64,000 bases of DNA from an uncultured Clostridia bacterium (GTDB taxonomy: Bacteria > Bacillota > Clostridia > UMGS1883): contig CANRCD010000002.1 in the NCBI GenBank assembly GCA_947629005.1, positions 136,875 through 200,874 on the forward strand, in the 5' to 3' direction. The stretch's first letter is position 1. Each line of letters begins with the position of its first letter. Of the stretch, positions 27,349 through 36,859 are shown one piece after another. The notes below the pieces were generated by a model. The model was given only the letters and a program-made list of their open reading frames with translations. It did not search any database and had not been told where the DNA came from. The position numbers and the translations under genes are program-made.

Positions 27349-29343
27349 TTATTCCGCCGGAGCGGGGATTTTGTCGGAGGCCTCGTCGGAGGCTTCGTTG
27401 GAGGCTTCCGACTTAGGAACGGCGACATCGTATTCAGTAGCGGCGGCCTCTGGCTGAGGCTCAGTTGAGAAAGACTGCTCAGGCTGAACAGTTTGCTCTT
27501 CTTGCACGGGCTGCACAGGCTCCGTCTGCTCGGCCTTCGGTTGAACCTGCTCGGACTGCGGCTGCCGCTCCGGCTGCTCGGGCTCGAGTTGTTGCTCGGG
27601 TTCTGGCTCGGGCTGCGGCTGCTGCTGCTCCGGCACGGCCTCTACGTCATCCGAAACCGCCTCCTCGGCGGCCTCCTCCTCCGGCTCGGGAACGATGTAA
27701 TAGTCCGGCGCGGTGCGGGGCTCCACATCGGGCACATAGCCTGCGTAGGTTCCGCTGTAGACAGGAATCTCAAAAATCTGTAGACAGTCGGTCCCGCCGA
27801 TTATCTTCGCCATTGAGGCGGCCTGCTTCACGGCCCAGCCTATGTCGGTGGCGTATTGGTGATAGCCGGGCGAAAGGGGATTCCAGCGCATTTTGTAAAG
27901 CGTGTTTTGTCGGGCACTCGAACGGTGAACGTAATTCTGCGCTATCCACGCCGCTCCGCCCCTGACGGCGGCTTCGGGGCTCGTCCACCCTTTAGACGCC
28001 GCGTAGGCCGCGCCGCCACGCAGCGCGTTGCCGTCATAGGCGCCAATGCCAAACATATTATATACCGTAACTCCGTCGTGCTCCACGCCGCGGGCAAGCT
28101 GAGAGCTGCCGTTGCCGGTTTCGAGGCAGGCGTGGGCAACAAGGTAGACCTCGCTCACGTTATACTCCTTCGCCGCGTCAGAGAATACCTGCCCCATGCC
28201 GCTCAGTACGCCTTTCCCGTTAAGATAGGCGTTAAGCCTCTCAACGGGCAGATTATTGGGGACGGATAAATCCAGAAATTGGTACCTGTCAGCGCCGCTC
28301 GAATAGTTTGCGGGGTTTACATACCTTGCCACCTCGACCGCCGGAGCGGGGGTGGCGTGATCGGTGAAGGTGACGTTATACAGACTGCACTGGATATCCA
28401 GCATGGAATCAAGGCTGCGGGAAAGGCTGAGATAATTGGTGAAAATGCCGGTTTTCTGCTGCTTTTGCCATTCGGCGTCGGGGTTTACGGCCTCGGACTC
28501 GGCCGCCGGAGCGGGAAGCACGTGTACCGTGCAGACAGCCGTCAGCCCAAGCTCGGGCGACGAGGCCCCAATGACCGCCGTGCCGACGCTCTGCGGCGTT
28601 ATGCCTCCGTAGGCGTCCACGCTGACGACGTTCCAGTCGGAGCTGTCCCACACGAGGGCGGTCTGTATTCCGGCGGGAACGGTGTACGGCGTAAGCATTA
28701 TGGGCGAGCTGCCCTCGTATACAGAAATTTCGGCTGGCTCAAAAGCCAGCGCTTCCGCCGCCGGACCGACCGTGACCGTGCAGCTTGAGGCCGCGTGGCC
28801 GTCACCCGATACGGCGATTATTTCAGTTTTACCCGTTGCGACGGCGGTGACCGTTCCGTTTTCTACCGTTGCAACGCTTTCGTCGGCGCTGCTCCAAAGA
28901 AGCTGCTTTACCGTTGCGTCCTCGGGGCCGACCTCGGCTGTGAGGATGGCGCTTTCGCCCACGGGCAGGCTCAGCTCCGCCGCGCTGAGAGCGACGGTTT
29001 CAGCGTCGGTTATCTCGTCGCTGCCGCCCAGAAAGCGTATAAGTGAAAATACGTCCGCCGCGGTGAGCGCGCCGTCGGCGTTCATATCGGCAGAGGTAAA
29101 GCCCCGTGAGCCGGCTGTCCTGTCAACCCGCCCAAGCGCCAGCGCAAGCACGTCGGCCGAGCTGACAATGCCGTCGCCGTTGACGTCGCCCATGCGTATA
29201 TATATCGGGTCGCTGCCCGTCGCGCAGCTGCCGAAGCGAAACAGCGAGCACAGCGCAAGCGCGGCGGCAGGAAAGCCTTTGACCGGCGGCAGACCCCGCA
29301 GGGATTTTATCGCTTTTTTCAAAAAGTTCGTTGGCCTTGTCAT
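27349..29343 (-). CDS. Secreted peptidoglycan hydrolase: N-terminal type-I dockerin, Big_2 Ig-like domains, GH73 N-acetylglucosaminidase domain, Pro/Glu/Gln-rich low-complexity tail
   Basis: Dockerin calcium loops GDVNGDGIVSSADVLAL… and ADMNADGALTAADVFSLIRFL. GH73 motif YLVAHACLETGNGSS. The tail is …EPEPEQQLEPEQPERQ…EASNEASDEASD. Second ATG (29343) has GGGAGGG at 8 nt; the track start at 29349 is too close to the ribosome-binding site. Confidence 0.8.
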   Translation of the reverse strand: MTRPTNFLKKAIKSLRGLPPVKGFPAAALALCSLFRFGSCATGSDPIYIRMGDVNGDGIVSSADVLALALGRVDRTAGSRGFTSADMNADGALTAADVFSLIRFLGGSDEITDAETVALSAAELSLPVGESAILTAEVGPEDATVKQLLWSSADESVATVENGTVTAVATGKTEIIAVSGDGHAASSCTVTVGPAAEALAFEPAEISVYEGSSPIMLTPYTVPAGIQTALVWDSSDWNVVSVDAYGGITPQSVGTAVIGASSPELGLTAVCTVHVLPAPAAESEAVNPDAEWQKQQKTGIFTNYLSLSRSLDSMLDIQCSLYNVTFTDHATPAPAVEVARYVNPANYSSGADRYQFLDLSVPNNLPVERLNAYLNGKGVLSGMGQVFSDAAKEYNVSEVYLVAHACLETGNGSSQLARGVEHDGVTVYNMFGIGAYDGNALRGGAAYAASKGWTSPEAAVRGGAAWIAQNYVHRSSARQNTLYKMRWNPLSPGYHQYATDIGWAVKQAASMAKIIGGTDCLQIFEIPVYSGTYAGYVPDVEPRTAPDYYIVPEPEEEAAEEAVSDDVEAVPEQQQPQPEPEPEQQLEPEQPERQPQSEQVQPKAEQTEPVQPVQEEQTVQPEQSFSTEPQPEAAATEYDVAVPKSEASNEASDEASDKIPAPAE

Positions 29344-29511
29344 GGCCATCGCCCTCCCTTTTCAAAGCCTGTTTCAAAAAAACCTCATATTATTATAGTG
29401 AAAAGGTCGAAATTTGTCAAGCCCTGCGGCGGCTTTTTAACAATAAGTTCAAAAAACCGCGCGGCAGCATGGAAAAAACGTGAAAAAACTGAAAAAAAGA
29501 GAAAAAAAGAA

Positions 29512-29540
29512 TTGAACAAAGCGCAATTTTATGGTAAAAT
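29512..29540 (+). promoter_or_regulatory. Sigma-A promoter TTGAAC-17-TAAAAT for recJ, preceded by phased A-tracts
   Basis: Leaves a roughly 100-nt GC-rich, hairpin-rich leader (about 29560-29630) before recJ. Confidence 0.45.
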
Positions 29541-29647
29541 AATTCTATAGCCTAATCGCGGATGCCCCGCCTCTAAGGCAGCGGGCTCTAAAGTGTGTCC
29601 GCGGTTTTGCGCGGGAGAAAATTTCAGTCGAAAGGGCGGTGGAGAGA

Positions 29648-31684
29648 ATGGCTAAAGAATGGATATTTCCGGAAGAAACAGCCGACGAAAGCGTCATAGG
29701 CGAGCTTTGCCGCGCTTTCGGGATACCCGCCCTTGTGGCCCGAGTCTTGGCGGTTCGCGGCTACTCTGACGTGCGGGCAGCCGACGGTTTTATTCATAAG
29801 GAACGCATAGCGCTGCACTCTCCGCTGTTCCTCGCCGATATGGATAAGGCTGTCGCCCGTGTGCGCCGCGCTCTTGAAAGCGGCGAAAAAATCACAGTCT
29901 ACGGCGATTACGATGTGGACGGCATAACCTCCACGGCGTTGATGGTACGCGCCCTCGGGGCGATGGGCGCCGATATCGACGCATATATTCCCGACCGGCG
30001 CGGCGAGGGCTACGGCGTGAACTGCTCTGCCCTTGATAAAATTGCCGCAAGGGGAGCCGGTCTTGTAATAACGGTGGATACCGGCATAACCGCCGCGGCT
30101 GAGGCGGAATACGCCGCGGAGTTGGGTCTCGACATGATAATAACCGACCACCACGAGTGTAAGGACGCGCTGCCTAAGGCCGAGGCCGTGGTGAACCCCA
30201 AACGCCCCGACTGCCCCTATCCCTTTAAGGAACTGGCCGGCGTGGGAGTGGCATTTAAGCTTGTGTGCGCGCTGACCGGCGGAGACGAGGCCGTGCTGAA
30301 TGAGTACGGCGACCTTGTGGCCCTTGGCACCATCGCCGACGTTGTTTCGCTGACGGATGAAAACCGCGCCATAGCCGACCGCGGGCTGAAAAAAATGAAC
30401 GAAAATCCCAATCTCGGCCTCAAGGCCGTGCTGGCCTCGCTGGGCGGTGGCAAAAAATGGGACAGCAGCTCGGTTGTCAGCTTTTCGGTGGCGCCGAGGC
30501 TGAACGCCGCCGGAAGAATGAGCAGCGCCATGACCGCCGTCGAACTGTTGCTGACCGATAGCCCCGCCCGCGCGGCGGAGCTCGCGGCCGCTCTGGATGG
30601 GGAAAACCGCCGCCGTCAGGCGGAGGAGAGCCGCGTTTTCGAGCAGGCTGTGGAGATGATATACCAAAACGACCTCTTTGGCAAAAAGGCTCTTGTGCTG
30701 GCGAAGCGCGGCTGGCAGCACGGAATAATCGGTGTGGTGGCCTCGCGTATCTGCGACCGCTTCAGCCGAAGCTGCGTGCTCATTTCTGTGGAGGACGGCG
30801 GCCTGTGCAAGAGCAGCGGCCGCAGCGTGGAGGGCATGAATCTGTTTGACGCGCTGAGCTCCTGCGGCGATATACTTGAAAAATTCGGCGGCCACGCCTA
30901 TGCTGCGGGATTCAGCATAAAAGAGGAAAATATTCCCGAGCTTGACAGACGGCTCAACGAGTTCGCCGAAAAAGTCCTGACAGGCGAGCCCACGGCGAAG
31001 GTGCGCATAGATACCGAGGCCGAGCTTTCGGAGCTGACGCTTGACAGCGTTCAAAAAATAGAAGCGCTGCGTCCCTTCGGCGCGGGCAACAGAACGCCGG
31101 TTTTTGCCCTTAAGGGGCTGACGCTGGGAGATGTGCGCACGCTCTCGGGCGGAAAGCACTGCCGTCTCATCGGTGAAAAGGACGGCCGCCAGATAGAGAT
31201 GATAGCCTTCGGGATGGGCGGCTTGGCCGGCGAGTTCGGGCAGGGAGACCTTGTGGACGCCGCGGGTGAGCTGAACATAAATTCCTACAACGGTACCGAC
31301 AGGGTACAGCTTGTGCTCGCCGACCTGCGTCCGTCCGAACCGAGAGTCGAGGATGTGCTCCCGTCCCGCGAGGACTTTGCCGAGGTGTACCGTGCGCTGC
31401 GGGCCATGCCGCGGCCTGTGTTCACCGATACGGCGCGTCTTTCGGCCGAAATCAGTCGGCGCGGCGGGCGGCGCGTGGGCCCCGACAAGCTGCTGAACGC
31501 GCTTTCCGTTTTTGCCGATGTGGGTATTCTCCGCCTCGGGAGGCTCGGCTCATCGGTCAAAATTGAGCTTGCGTCAGGCATGGAGGGGCGCAAAGTCAAT
31601 CTGGCCGAAAGCCGAGAATATATAAGATTAAAAAACGAGTTGACCGAGCTCTACGGAAAGGAGGGCACAGCTTATGCACACTGA
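29648..31684 (+). CDS. recJ: Single-stranded-DNA-specific exonuclease RecJ
   Basis: DHH motifs (…DYDVDGITS…, …ITDHHEC…) and DHHA1 domain. Track start GTG at 29639; ATG at 29648 is preferred. Confidence 0.9.
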   Translation: MAKEWIFPEETADESVIGELCRAFGIPALVARVLAVRGYSDVRAADGFIHKERIALHSPLFLADMDKAVARVRRALESGEKITVYGDYDVDGITSTALMVRALGAMGADIDAYIPDRRGEGYGVNCSALDKIAARGAGLVITVDTGITAAAEAEYAAELGLDMIITDHHECKDALPKAEAVVNPKRPDCPYPFKELAGVGVAFKLVCALTGGDEAVLNEYGDLVALGTIADVVSLTDENRAIADRGLKKMNENPNLGLKAVLASLGGGKKWDSSSVVSFSVAPRLNAAGRMSSAMTAVELLLTDSPARAAELAAALDGENRRRQAEESRVFEQAVEMIYQNDLFGKKALVLAKRGWQHGIIGVVASRICDRFSRSCVLISVEDGGLCKSSGRSVEGMNLFDALSSCGDILEKFGGHAYAAGFSIKEENIPELDRRLNEFAEKVLTGEPTAKVRIDTEAELSELTLDSVQKIEALRPFGAGNRTPVFALKGLTLGDVRTLSGGKHCRLIGEKDGRQIEMIAFGMGGLAGEFGQGDLVDAAGELNINSYNGTDRVQLVLADLRPSEPRVEDVLPSREDFAEVYRALRAMPRPVFTDTARLSAEISRRGGRRVGPDKLLNALSVFADVGILRLGRLGSSVKIELASGMEGRKVNLAESREYIRLKNELTELYGKEGTAYAH

Positions 31685-33839
31685 CGACGAGACCTTTGAC
31701 CGCATAATAGCGCTGATGAAGGAGCATGACAGATACACTCCCGAAATCGGAGAGAACGTCCGCCGCGCCTACGAGCTGTGCAAAGAGGCGCACTCCTCTC
31801 AGGTGCGCCTTTCCGGCGAGCCTTACTATATCCACCCCGCCGCCGTGGCCGAAATTCTGGCCGAGATGGGCATGGACAGCGAAACCGTGATAGCCGGTCT
31901 GCTTCACGATACCATTGAGGACACCGAGTACGGCTACGACGACGTGAAAAATCTTTTCGGCGAGGACGTGGCCAATTTGGTTGACGGCGTTACAAAGCTG
32001 AAAAAGATAAAATACGTCTCACGCGAGGATCAGCAGGTGGAAAATCTGCGCAAGATGTTCTTCGCCATGGCGAAGGATATCCGCGTAATCCTCATCAAGC
32101 TGGCCGACCGCCTGCACAATATGCGTACTCTCAAATATATGCCGCCCGAAAAGCAGCGCATAATCGCCAAGGAAACGCTGGATGTATTCGCCCCGCTGGC
32201 GCACCGGCTGGGCATCTCTCAGATAAAGTGCGAGCTGGAGGATCTCTCGCTCAGGTACCTTGACAGCGTTGCCTTTTACGAGATAGCCGAGGGGCTGAAG
32301 CAGAAAAAGACCGAGCGCGACGCATACGTAAAGCTCATACGCGACACAATTGAAAGCAAGATGGAGGCCGCCGGCATTAAGGGGCAAATCAGCGGCCGCG
32401 CCAAGCATATTTACAGCATATTCCGCAAGATGTACAATCAGGGCAAGACGCTGGATGAGATTTACGACCTTTTTGCCGTGCGCATAATTGTGGATAACGT
32501 CAACGAGTGCTACGCGGCGCTTGGCATGGTTCACGAGCAGTATAAGCCCATTCCGGGCCGATTCAAGGACTATATCGCCATGCCCAAGCCCAATATGTAT
32601 CAGTCGCTGCACACCACCGTCATCGCACCCGACGGCCGACCGTTTGAAATACAGATACGCACTTGGGAAATGCACCGCGTGGCGGAGCAGGGCATAGCCG
32701 CTCACTGGAAATACAAGGAGGGCGCGACCGCCGCCGACGAGAAAAACCTCGCTTGGGTGGAGCAGCTCATGGAAATCCAGCGCGACGCCGCCAGCGACGA
32801 GGACTTCATGCGGACGTTAAAAATAGATATGTTCGCCGATGAGGTTTTCGTCTTTACCCCGAAGGGCAATGTTATAAGCCTGCCGATGGGCGCGACGCCG
32901 ATAGATTTTGCCTTTTATATCCACACCGCCGTCGGATACAGGATGACCGGCGCAAAGGCAAATTCCCGCATTGTGCCGCTAGATTATAAGCTGCAAAACG
33001 GCGACATTGTGGAGATACTCACCTCATCGGCCACCAAGGGCCCCAGCCGCGACTGGCTTAAAATCGTCAAAACGGGGCAGGCCCGCAACAAGATAAACGC
33101 TTGGTTCAAGAAGGAGAACCGCGAGGCCAACATCGAGCGGGGCCGTGAGGCCATCGACAGGGAAATCAAGCGGCAGGGACTTAACGCCTCGGCCCTGATG
33201 AAGCCCGAGTTCGTGGAGCCTATGCTTCGCCGCTATGGCTTTAACAGCTATGACGAAATGCTGGCCGCCGTGGGCTACGGCGGGATAACCTCGTCCAAGA
33301 TTATCTCCCGCGTTCGCGAGGCCTACAGCTCCGCCGTGAAGGAGGAGCCCGCTCCGGAGGCCGCTCCGCGTGCACAGAGGCCCTCGCGCGGTGGCGGAGC
33401 TGTGGAGGTGGAGGGTATCGACAACTGCCTTGTGCGCCTGTCCAAGTGCTGCAATCCCGTCCCCGGCGACGAGATAGTCGGCTTTATCACCCGCGGTCGC
33501 GGCGTAAGCGTCCACCGCGCGGACTGCGTCAACGTGCGGACGGAAAATATGAACGAGGAAGCGAAAAGCCGCATGATACGCTGCTCGTGGACCGAGGACA
33601 GCGGCAGCTACAACTGTGACATTCAAATCGACGCCCCCAACCGCGACGGCTTGCTGGGCGACATTACAAACGTCATTGGCGAGGTAAAGCTTCCGCTTGC
33701 GGCCGTCAACGCCCGCACCACCAAGGACAACATGGCCGTTATCAACATCACGGTGGAGATAAGCGACAAGCCGCAGCTCGATATGTTGGTGAAAAAGCTC
33801 TACCGAGTGCCTGGCATTTTCGAGATAAGACGAATCTGA
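31674..33839 (+). CDS. relA: Bifunctional (p)ppGpp synthetase/hydrolase Rel/RelA-SpoT
   Basis: HD domain (HDTIEDT), synthetase domain, TGS and ACT domains; 721 aa. Confidence 0.92.
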   Translation: MHTDDETFDRIIALMKEHDRYTPEIGENVRRAYELCKEAHSSQVRLSGEPYYIHPAAVAEILAEMGMDSETVIAGLLHDTIEDTEYGYDDVKNLFGEDVANLVDGVTKLKKIKYVSREDQQVENLRKMFFAMAKDIRVILIKLADRLHNMRTLKYMPPEKQRIIAKETLDVFAPLAHRLGISQIKCELEDLSLRYLDSVAFYEIAEGLKQKKTERDAYVKLIRDTIESKMEAAGIKGQISGRAKHIYSIFRKMYNQGKTLDEIYDLFAVRIIVDNVNECYAALGMVHEQYKPIPGRFKDYIAMPKPNMYQSLHTTVIAPDGRPFEIQIRTWEMHRVAEQGIAAHWKYKEGATAADEKNLAWVEQLMEIQRDAASDEDFMRTLKIDMFADEVFVFTPKGNVISLPMGATPIDFAFYIHTAVGYRMTGAKANSRIVPLDYKLQNGDIVEILTSSATKGPSRDWLKIVKTGQARNKINAWFKKENREANIERGREAIDREIKRQGLNASALMKPEFVEPMLRRYGFNSYDEMLAAVGYGGITSSKIISRVREAYSSAVKEEPAPEAAPRAQRPSRGGGAVEVEGIDNCLVRLSKCCNPVPGDEIVGFITRGRGVSVHRADCVNVRTENMNEEAKSRMIRCSWTEDSGSYNCDIQIDAPNRDGLLGDITNVIGEVKLPLAAVNARTTKDNMAVINITVEISDKPQLDMLVKKLYRVPGIFEIRRI

Positions 33840-33851
33840 CGGAGGAACACC

Positions 33852-35204
33852 ATGCCTAAACCTACCATAGCCATAGTGGGCAGGCCCAACGTGGGCAAGT
33901 CCACGCTGTTTAACCAGATAGCCGGCAGCCGAATTTCCATTGTGGAGGATATTCCCGGCATAACCCGAGACCGCATATACGCGCAGGGCGAATGGTGCGG
34001 CAGGAGCTTCACCCTCATTGACACCGGCGGCATTGAGCCCTACTCTAAGGACGAGATACTTGCGCAGATGCGCGTTCAGGCCGAGATAGCCATCGATTCC
34101 GCCGATGTGATAATCTTTATGGTCAACGTCCGTGACGGAGTGACCGCCGCCGACTCCGACGTGGCCGCTATGCTGCAAAAAAGCGGCAAGCCCGTGGTGC
34201 TGGCTGCCAACAAAGCCGACACTCCCGGCGAGCCGCCCATGGAGCTTTACGAGTTCTATAACCTCGGCCTTGGCGACCCCATGCCTATATCCTCAATTCA
34301 CAAAATGGGCCTTGGCGACTTGCTTGACGAGTGCGTCAAGTTCTTCCCCGACGACGTCACCGAGGAGGAGAACGACCGCCTCAGGGTGGCTGTTGTCGGC
34401 AAGCCGAACGCCGGCAAAAGCAGTCTTGTGAACCGTATTTTAGGCGAAAATCGCGTCATAGTGTCGAACGTGGCGGGCACCACGCGCGACGCTATTGACT
34501 CCGACTATGAGCGCGCCGGAGTTAAGTACACCTTTATCGACACCGCAGGCATAAGACGCAAGTCAAAGGTGGATGAGATTATCGAGCGATACAGCGTTAT
34601 CCGAGCCTACAACGCGGTGGAACGCTGCGACGTGTGTCTTATCCTCATCAACGCCGCCGAGGGAATAACCGAGCAGGATGCCAAAATCGCGGGCTTTGCC
34701 CACGAGGAGGGCAAGGCTTCGGTAATTGTGGTGAACAAGTGGGACGCCGTCGAAAAGGACGACAAGACCATGAGCGCCTTCGCCCAAAAGGTCCGCGACA
34801 CGCTCAGCTTTATGACATACGCCCCCATAGTGTTCATCTCGGCCCTGACCGGACAGAGGGTGGAAAAAATTTTCGATAACATCACCGCCGTCCATGAACA
34901 GAGCCTCACCCGCGTTAAAACCGGCGTGTTGAACGATGTTCTTGCCGACGCGACGCTCCGCGTGCAGCCGCCAACCGATAAGGGCAAGCGGCTCAAGCTG
35001 TACTATATGACGCAGGTCAGCGTCAAGCCGCCGACGTTTATTATATTTGTCAACGACAAGGAGCTTGCTCATTTCAGTTATATACGTTATATTGAAAATC
35101 AGGTGCGTGAAGCCTTTGGACTGACGGCTGTGCCGCTGAGATTCATCGTCCGCGAGCGCGGCAAAAACGACGACGGCCCCGCCGTTCGCACAAAGGAGGA
35201 GTAA
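33852..35204 (+). CDS. der: Ribosome biogenesis GTPase Der (EngA), with tandem GTPase domains and a KH domain
   Basis: Two P-loops: GRPNVGKST and GKPNAGKSS. Confidence 0.92.
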   Translation: MPKPTIAIVGRPNVGKSTLFNQIAGSRISIVEDIPGITRDRIYAQGEWCGRSFTLIDTGGIEPYSKDEILAQMRVQAEIAIDSADVIIFMVNVRDGVTAADSDVAAMLQKSGKPVVLAANKADTPGEPPMELYEFYNLGLGDPMPISSIHKMGLGDLLDECVKFFPDDVTEEENDRLRVAVVGKPNAGKSSLVNRILGENRVIVSNVAGTTRDAIDSDYERAGVKYTFIDTAGIRRKSKVDEIIERYSVIRAYNAVERCDVCLILINAAEGITEQDAKIAGFAHEEGKASVIVVNKWDAVEKDDKTMSAFAQKVRDTLSFMTYAPIVFISALTGQRVEKIFDNITAVHEQSLTRVKTGVLNDVLADATLRVQPPTDKGKRLKLYYMTQVSVKPPTFIIFVNDKELAHFSYIRYIENQVREAFGLTAVPLRFIVRERGKNDDGPAVRTKEE

Positions 35205-35207
35205 CAA

Positions 35208-35846
35208 ATGAGAACAATATCTATGGGCGAGATAATTCTTATGCTGCTGATGGGTTATCTCATCGGCTCGTGCAATTTTGCCATAATTTATTCCAAGCTT
35301 TTCAAGAAGGACGATATACGCAGATATGGCAGCGGCAACGCCGGAGCCACCAATATTCTCCGCACCTACGGCAAGGGGCCTGCGGCGGCGGTATTCCTGC
35401 TCGACGTGATGAAGGGCGTTGTCGCGGCGCTCATAGCCCGCGCCTTTTATCCACATACCGACGTCTGCGCCTGCGTGGCCGCCTTTGGCGCTATTCTGGG
35501 GCATAATTACCCATGCTACTATGATTTCAAGGGCGGCAAGGGCGTGGCGACAAGCTTTGCCACCCTCCTTGTGCTGGACTGGAGGCTTGCCCTCGCGGCC
35601 CTTGGCACGTTTCTGATAGTCGTTCTTATCAGCCGCTACGTTTCGCTCGGCTCCGCCTTCGGCGCCGTCGCGGCTGTGGCCTTGGCAGCCGTGCTGCGCT
35701 TCGGCCCGAGCTTCGCGGGCGGGCCGGTCAGCAACGCGCTGTTTATTTACACTGCCTGCGCCGCGCTGCTCTGCCTGCTGCGCCATCACGCGAACTTTAA
35801 GCGTATCCGCGCCGGTAAGGAAAATAAGTTAGGGAAGAAGAAATAA
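35208..35846 (+). CDS. plsY: Glycerol-3-phosphate acyltransferase PlsY
   Basis: GSGNAGATN motif, polytopic membrane protein, about 210 aa. Confidence 0.9.
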   Translation: MRTISMGEIILMLLMGYLIGSCNFAIIYSKLFKKDDIRRYGSGNAGATNILRTYGKGPAAAVFLLDVMKGVVAALIARAFYPHTDVCACVAAFGAILGHNYPCYYDFKGGKGVATSFATLLVLDWRLALAALGTFLIVVLISRYVSLGSAFGAVAAVALAAVLRFGPSFAGGPVSNALFIYTACAALLCLLRHHANFKRIRAGKENKLGKKK

Positions 35847-35860
35847 GCGAGGTGTCACCA

Positions 35861-36859
35861 ATGAACGTATCGGTTATCGGCAGCGGCGGCTGGGGAACGG
35901 CTCTGGCGCTGCACCTCAATAAGCAGGGGAACCATGTCTGCCTGTGGAGCTACTTGCCCGAGGAGAGCGAAAGACTAAAGTTGGACAGGGAAAACAAGGA
36001 ATTTCTTCCCGGCGTACCCTTCGGCGGCGCCGACCTTATATTTACCTCCGACCTTGACGAGGCGGCGGCCTTTGGCCGGATAATCATCAGCGCGGTGCCA
36101 AGCGTGGCCGTGCGCACAACGGCGGAAAAGCTGGCCGCCCGCGCGGACGGGAAAATAATAGTAAACGTATCGAAGGGCATTGACGAGAGCAGCCTTGAAA
36201 GAATATCTGAGGTTTTCGCCGAAAAGCTTCCACATTCGCCCGTGGCGGCGCTGAGCGGCCCAAGCCACGCCGAGGAGGTTGCCCGAGGCGTGCCTACCAC
36301 CAACGTGGCGGCCTGCGCCGACCCCGAGGTGGCGAAAACCGTGCAGAATTTGTTTAACAGCGAGACTTTCCGCGTCTATACCAACCCCGATGTCTGCGGG
36401 GTGGAGCTCGGCGGCGCGCTGAAAAATGTTATCGCCCTCTGCGCAGGTATAACCGACGGCTGCGGCTTCGGCGACAATACCAAGGCCGCCCTTATGACGC
36501 GCGGCCTGCATGAAATAACCCGCCTCGGCGTGGCTATGGGCGCGCGGGAAAAGACCTTCGCCGGTCTCAGCGGCGTGGGCGACCTGATTGTCACCTGCAC
36601 CAGTATGCACAGCCGCAACCGCCGCGCGGGGATACTCCTCGGGCAGGGCAAAAGCCTTGCCGAGGCTCTTGAAGAGGTACATATGACCGTCGAGGGCGTG
36701 GCCGCCACCAAAGCCGCCCACGCGCTGGGTCTTAAATACGATGTTGAGCTGCCCATAATCAACGAGGCCTACGCCGTGCTGTTCGAGGGGAAGGACCCCA
36801 AGGCCGCCGTGCGTGACTTGATGACGAGGGAAGCCAAAAGCGAGGATCAACTGCTATGA
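35861..36859 (+). CDS. gpsA: NAD(P)H-dependent glycerol-3-phosphate dehydrogenase GpsA
   Basis: MNVSVIGSGGWGTALA… ATG at 35861 after GAGGTG. Confidence 0.9.
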   Translation: MNVSVIGSGGWGTALALHLNKQGNHVCLWSYLPEESERLKLDRENKEFLPGVPFGGADLIFTSDLDEAAAFGRIIISAVPSVAVRTTAEKLAARADGKIIVNVSKGIDESSLERISEVFAEKLPHSPVAALSGPSHAEEVARGVPTTNVAACADPEVAKTVQNLFNSETFRVYTNPDVCGVELGGALKNVIALCAGITDGCGFGDNTKAALMTRGLHEITRLGVAMGAREKTFAGLSGVGDLIVTCTSMHSRNRRAGILLGQGKSLAEALEEVHMTVEGVAATKAAHALGLKYDVELPIINEAYAVLFEGKDPKAAVRDLMTREAKSEDQLL

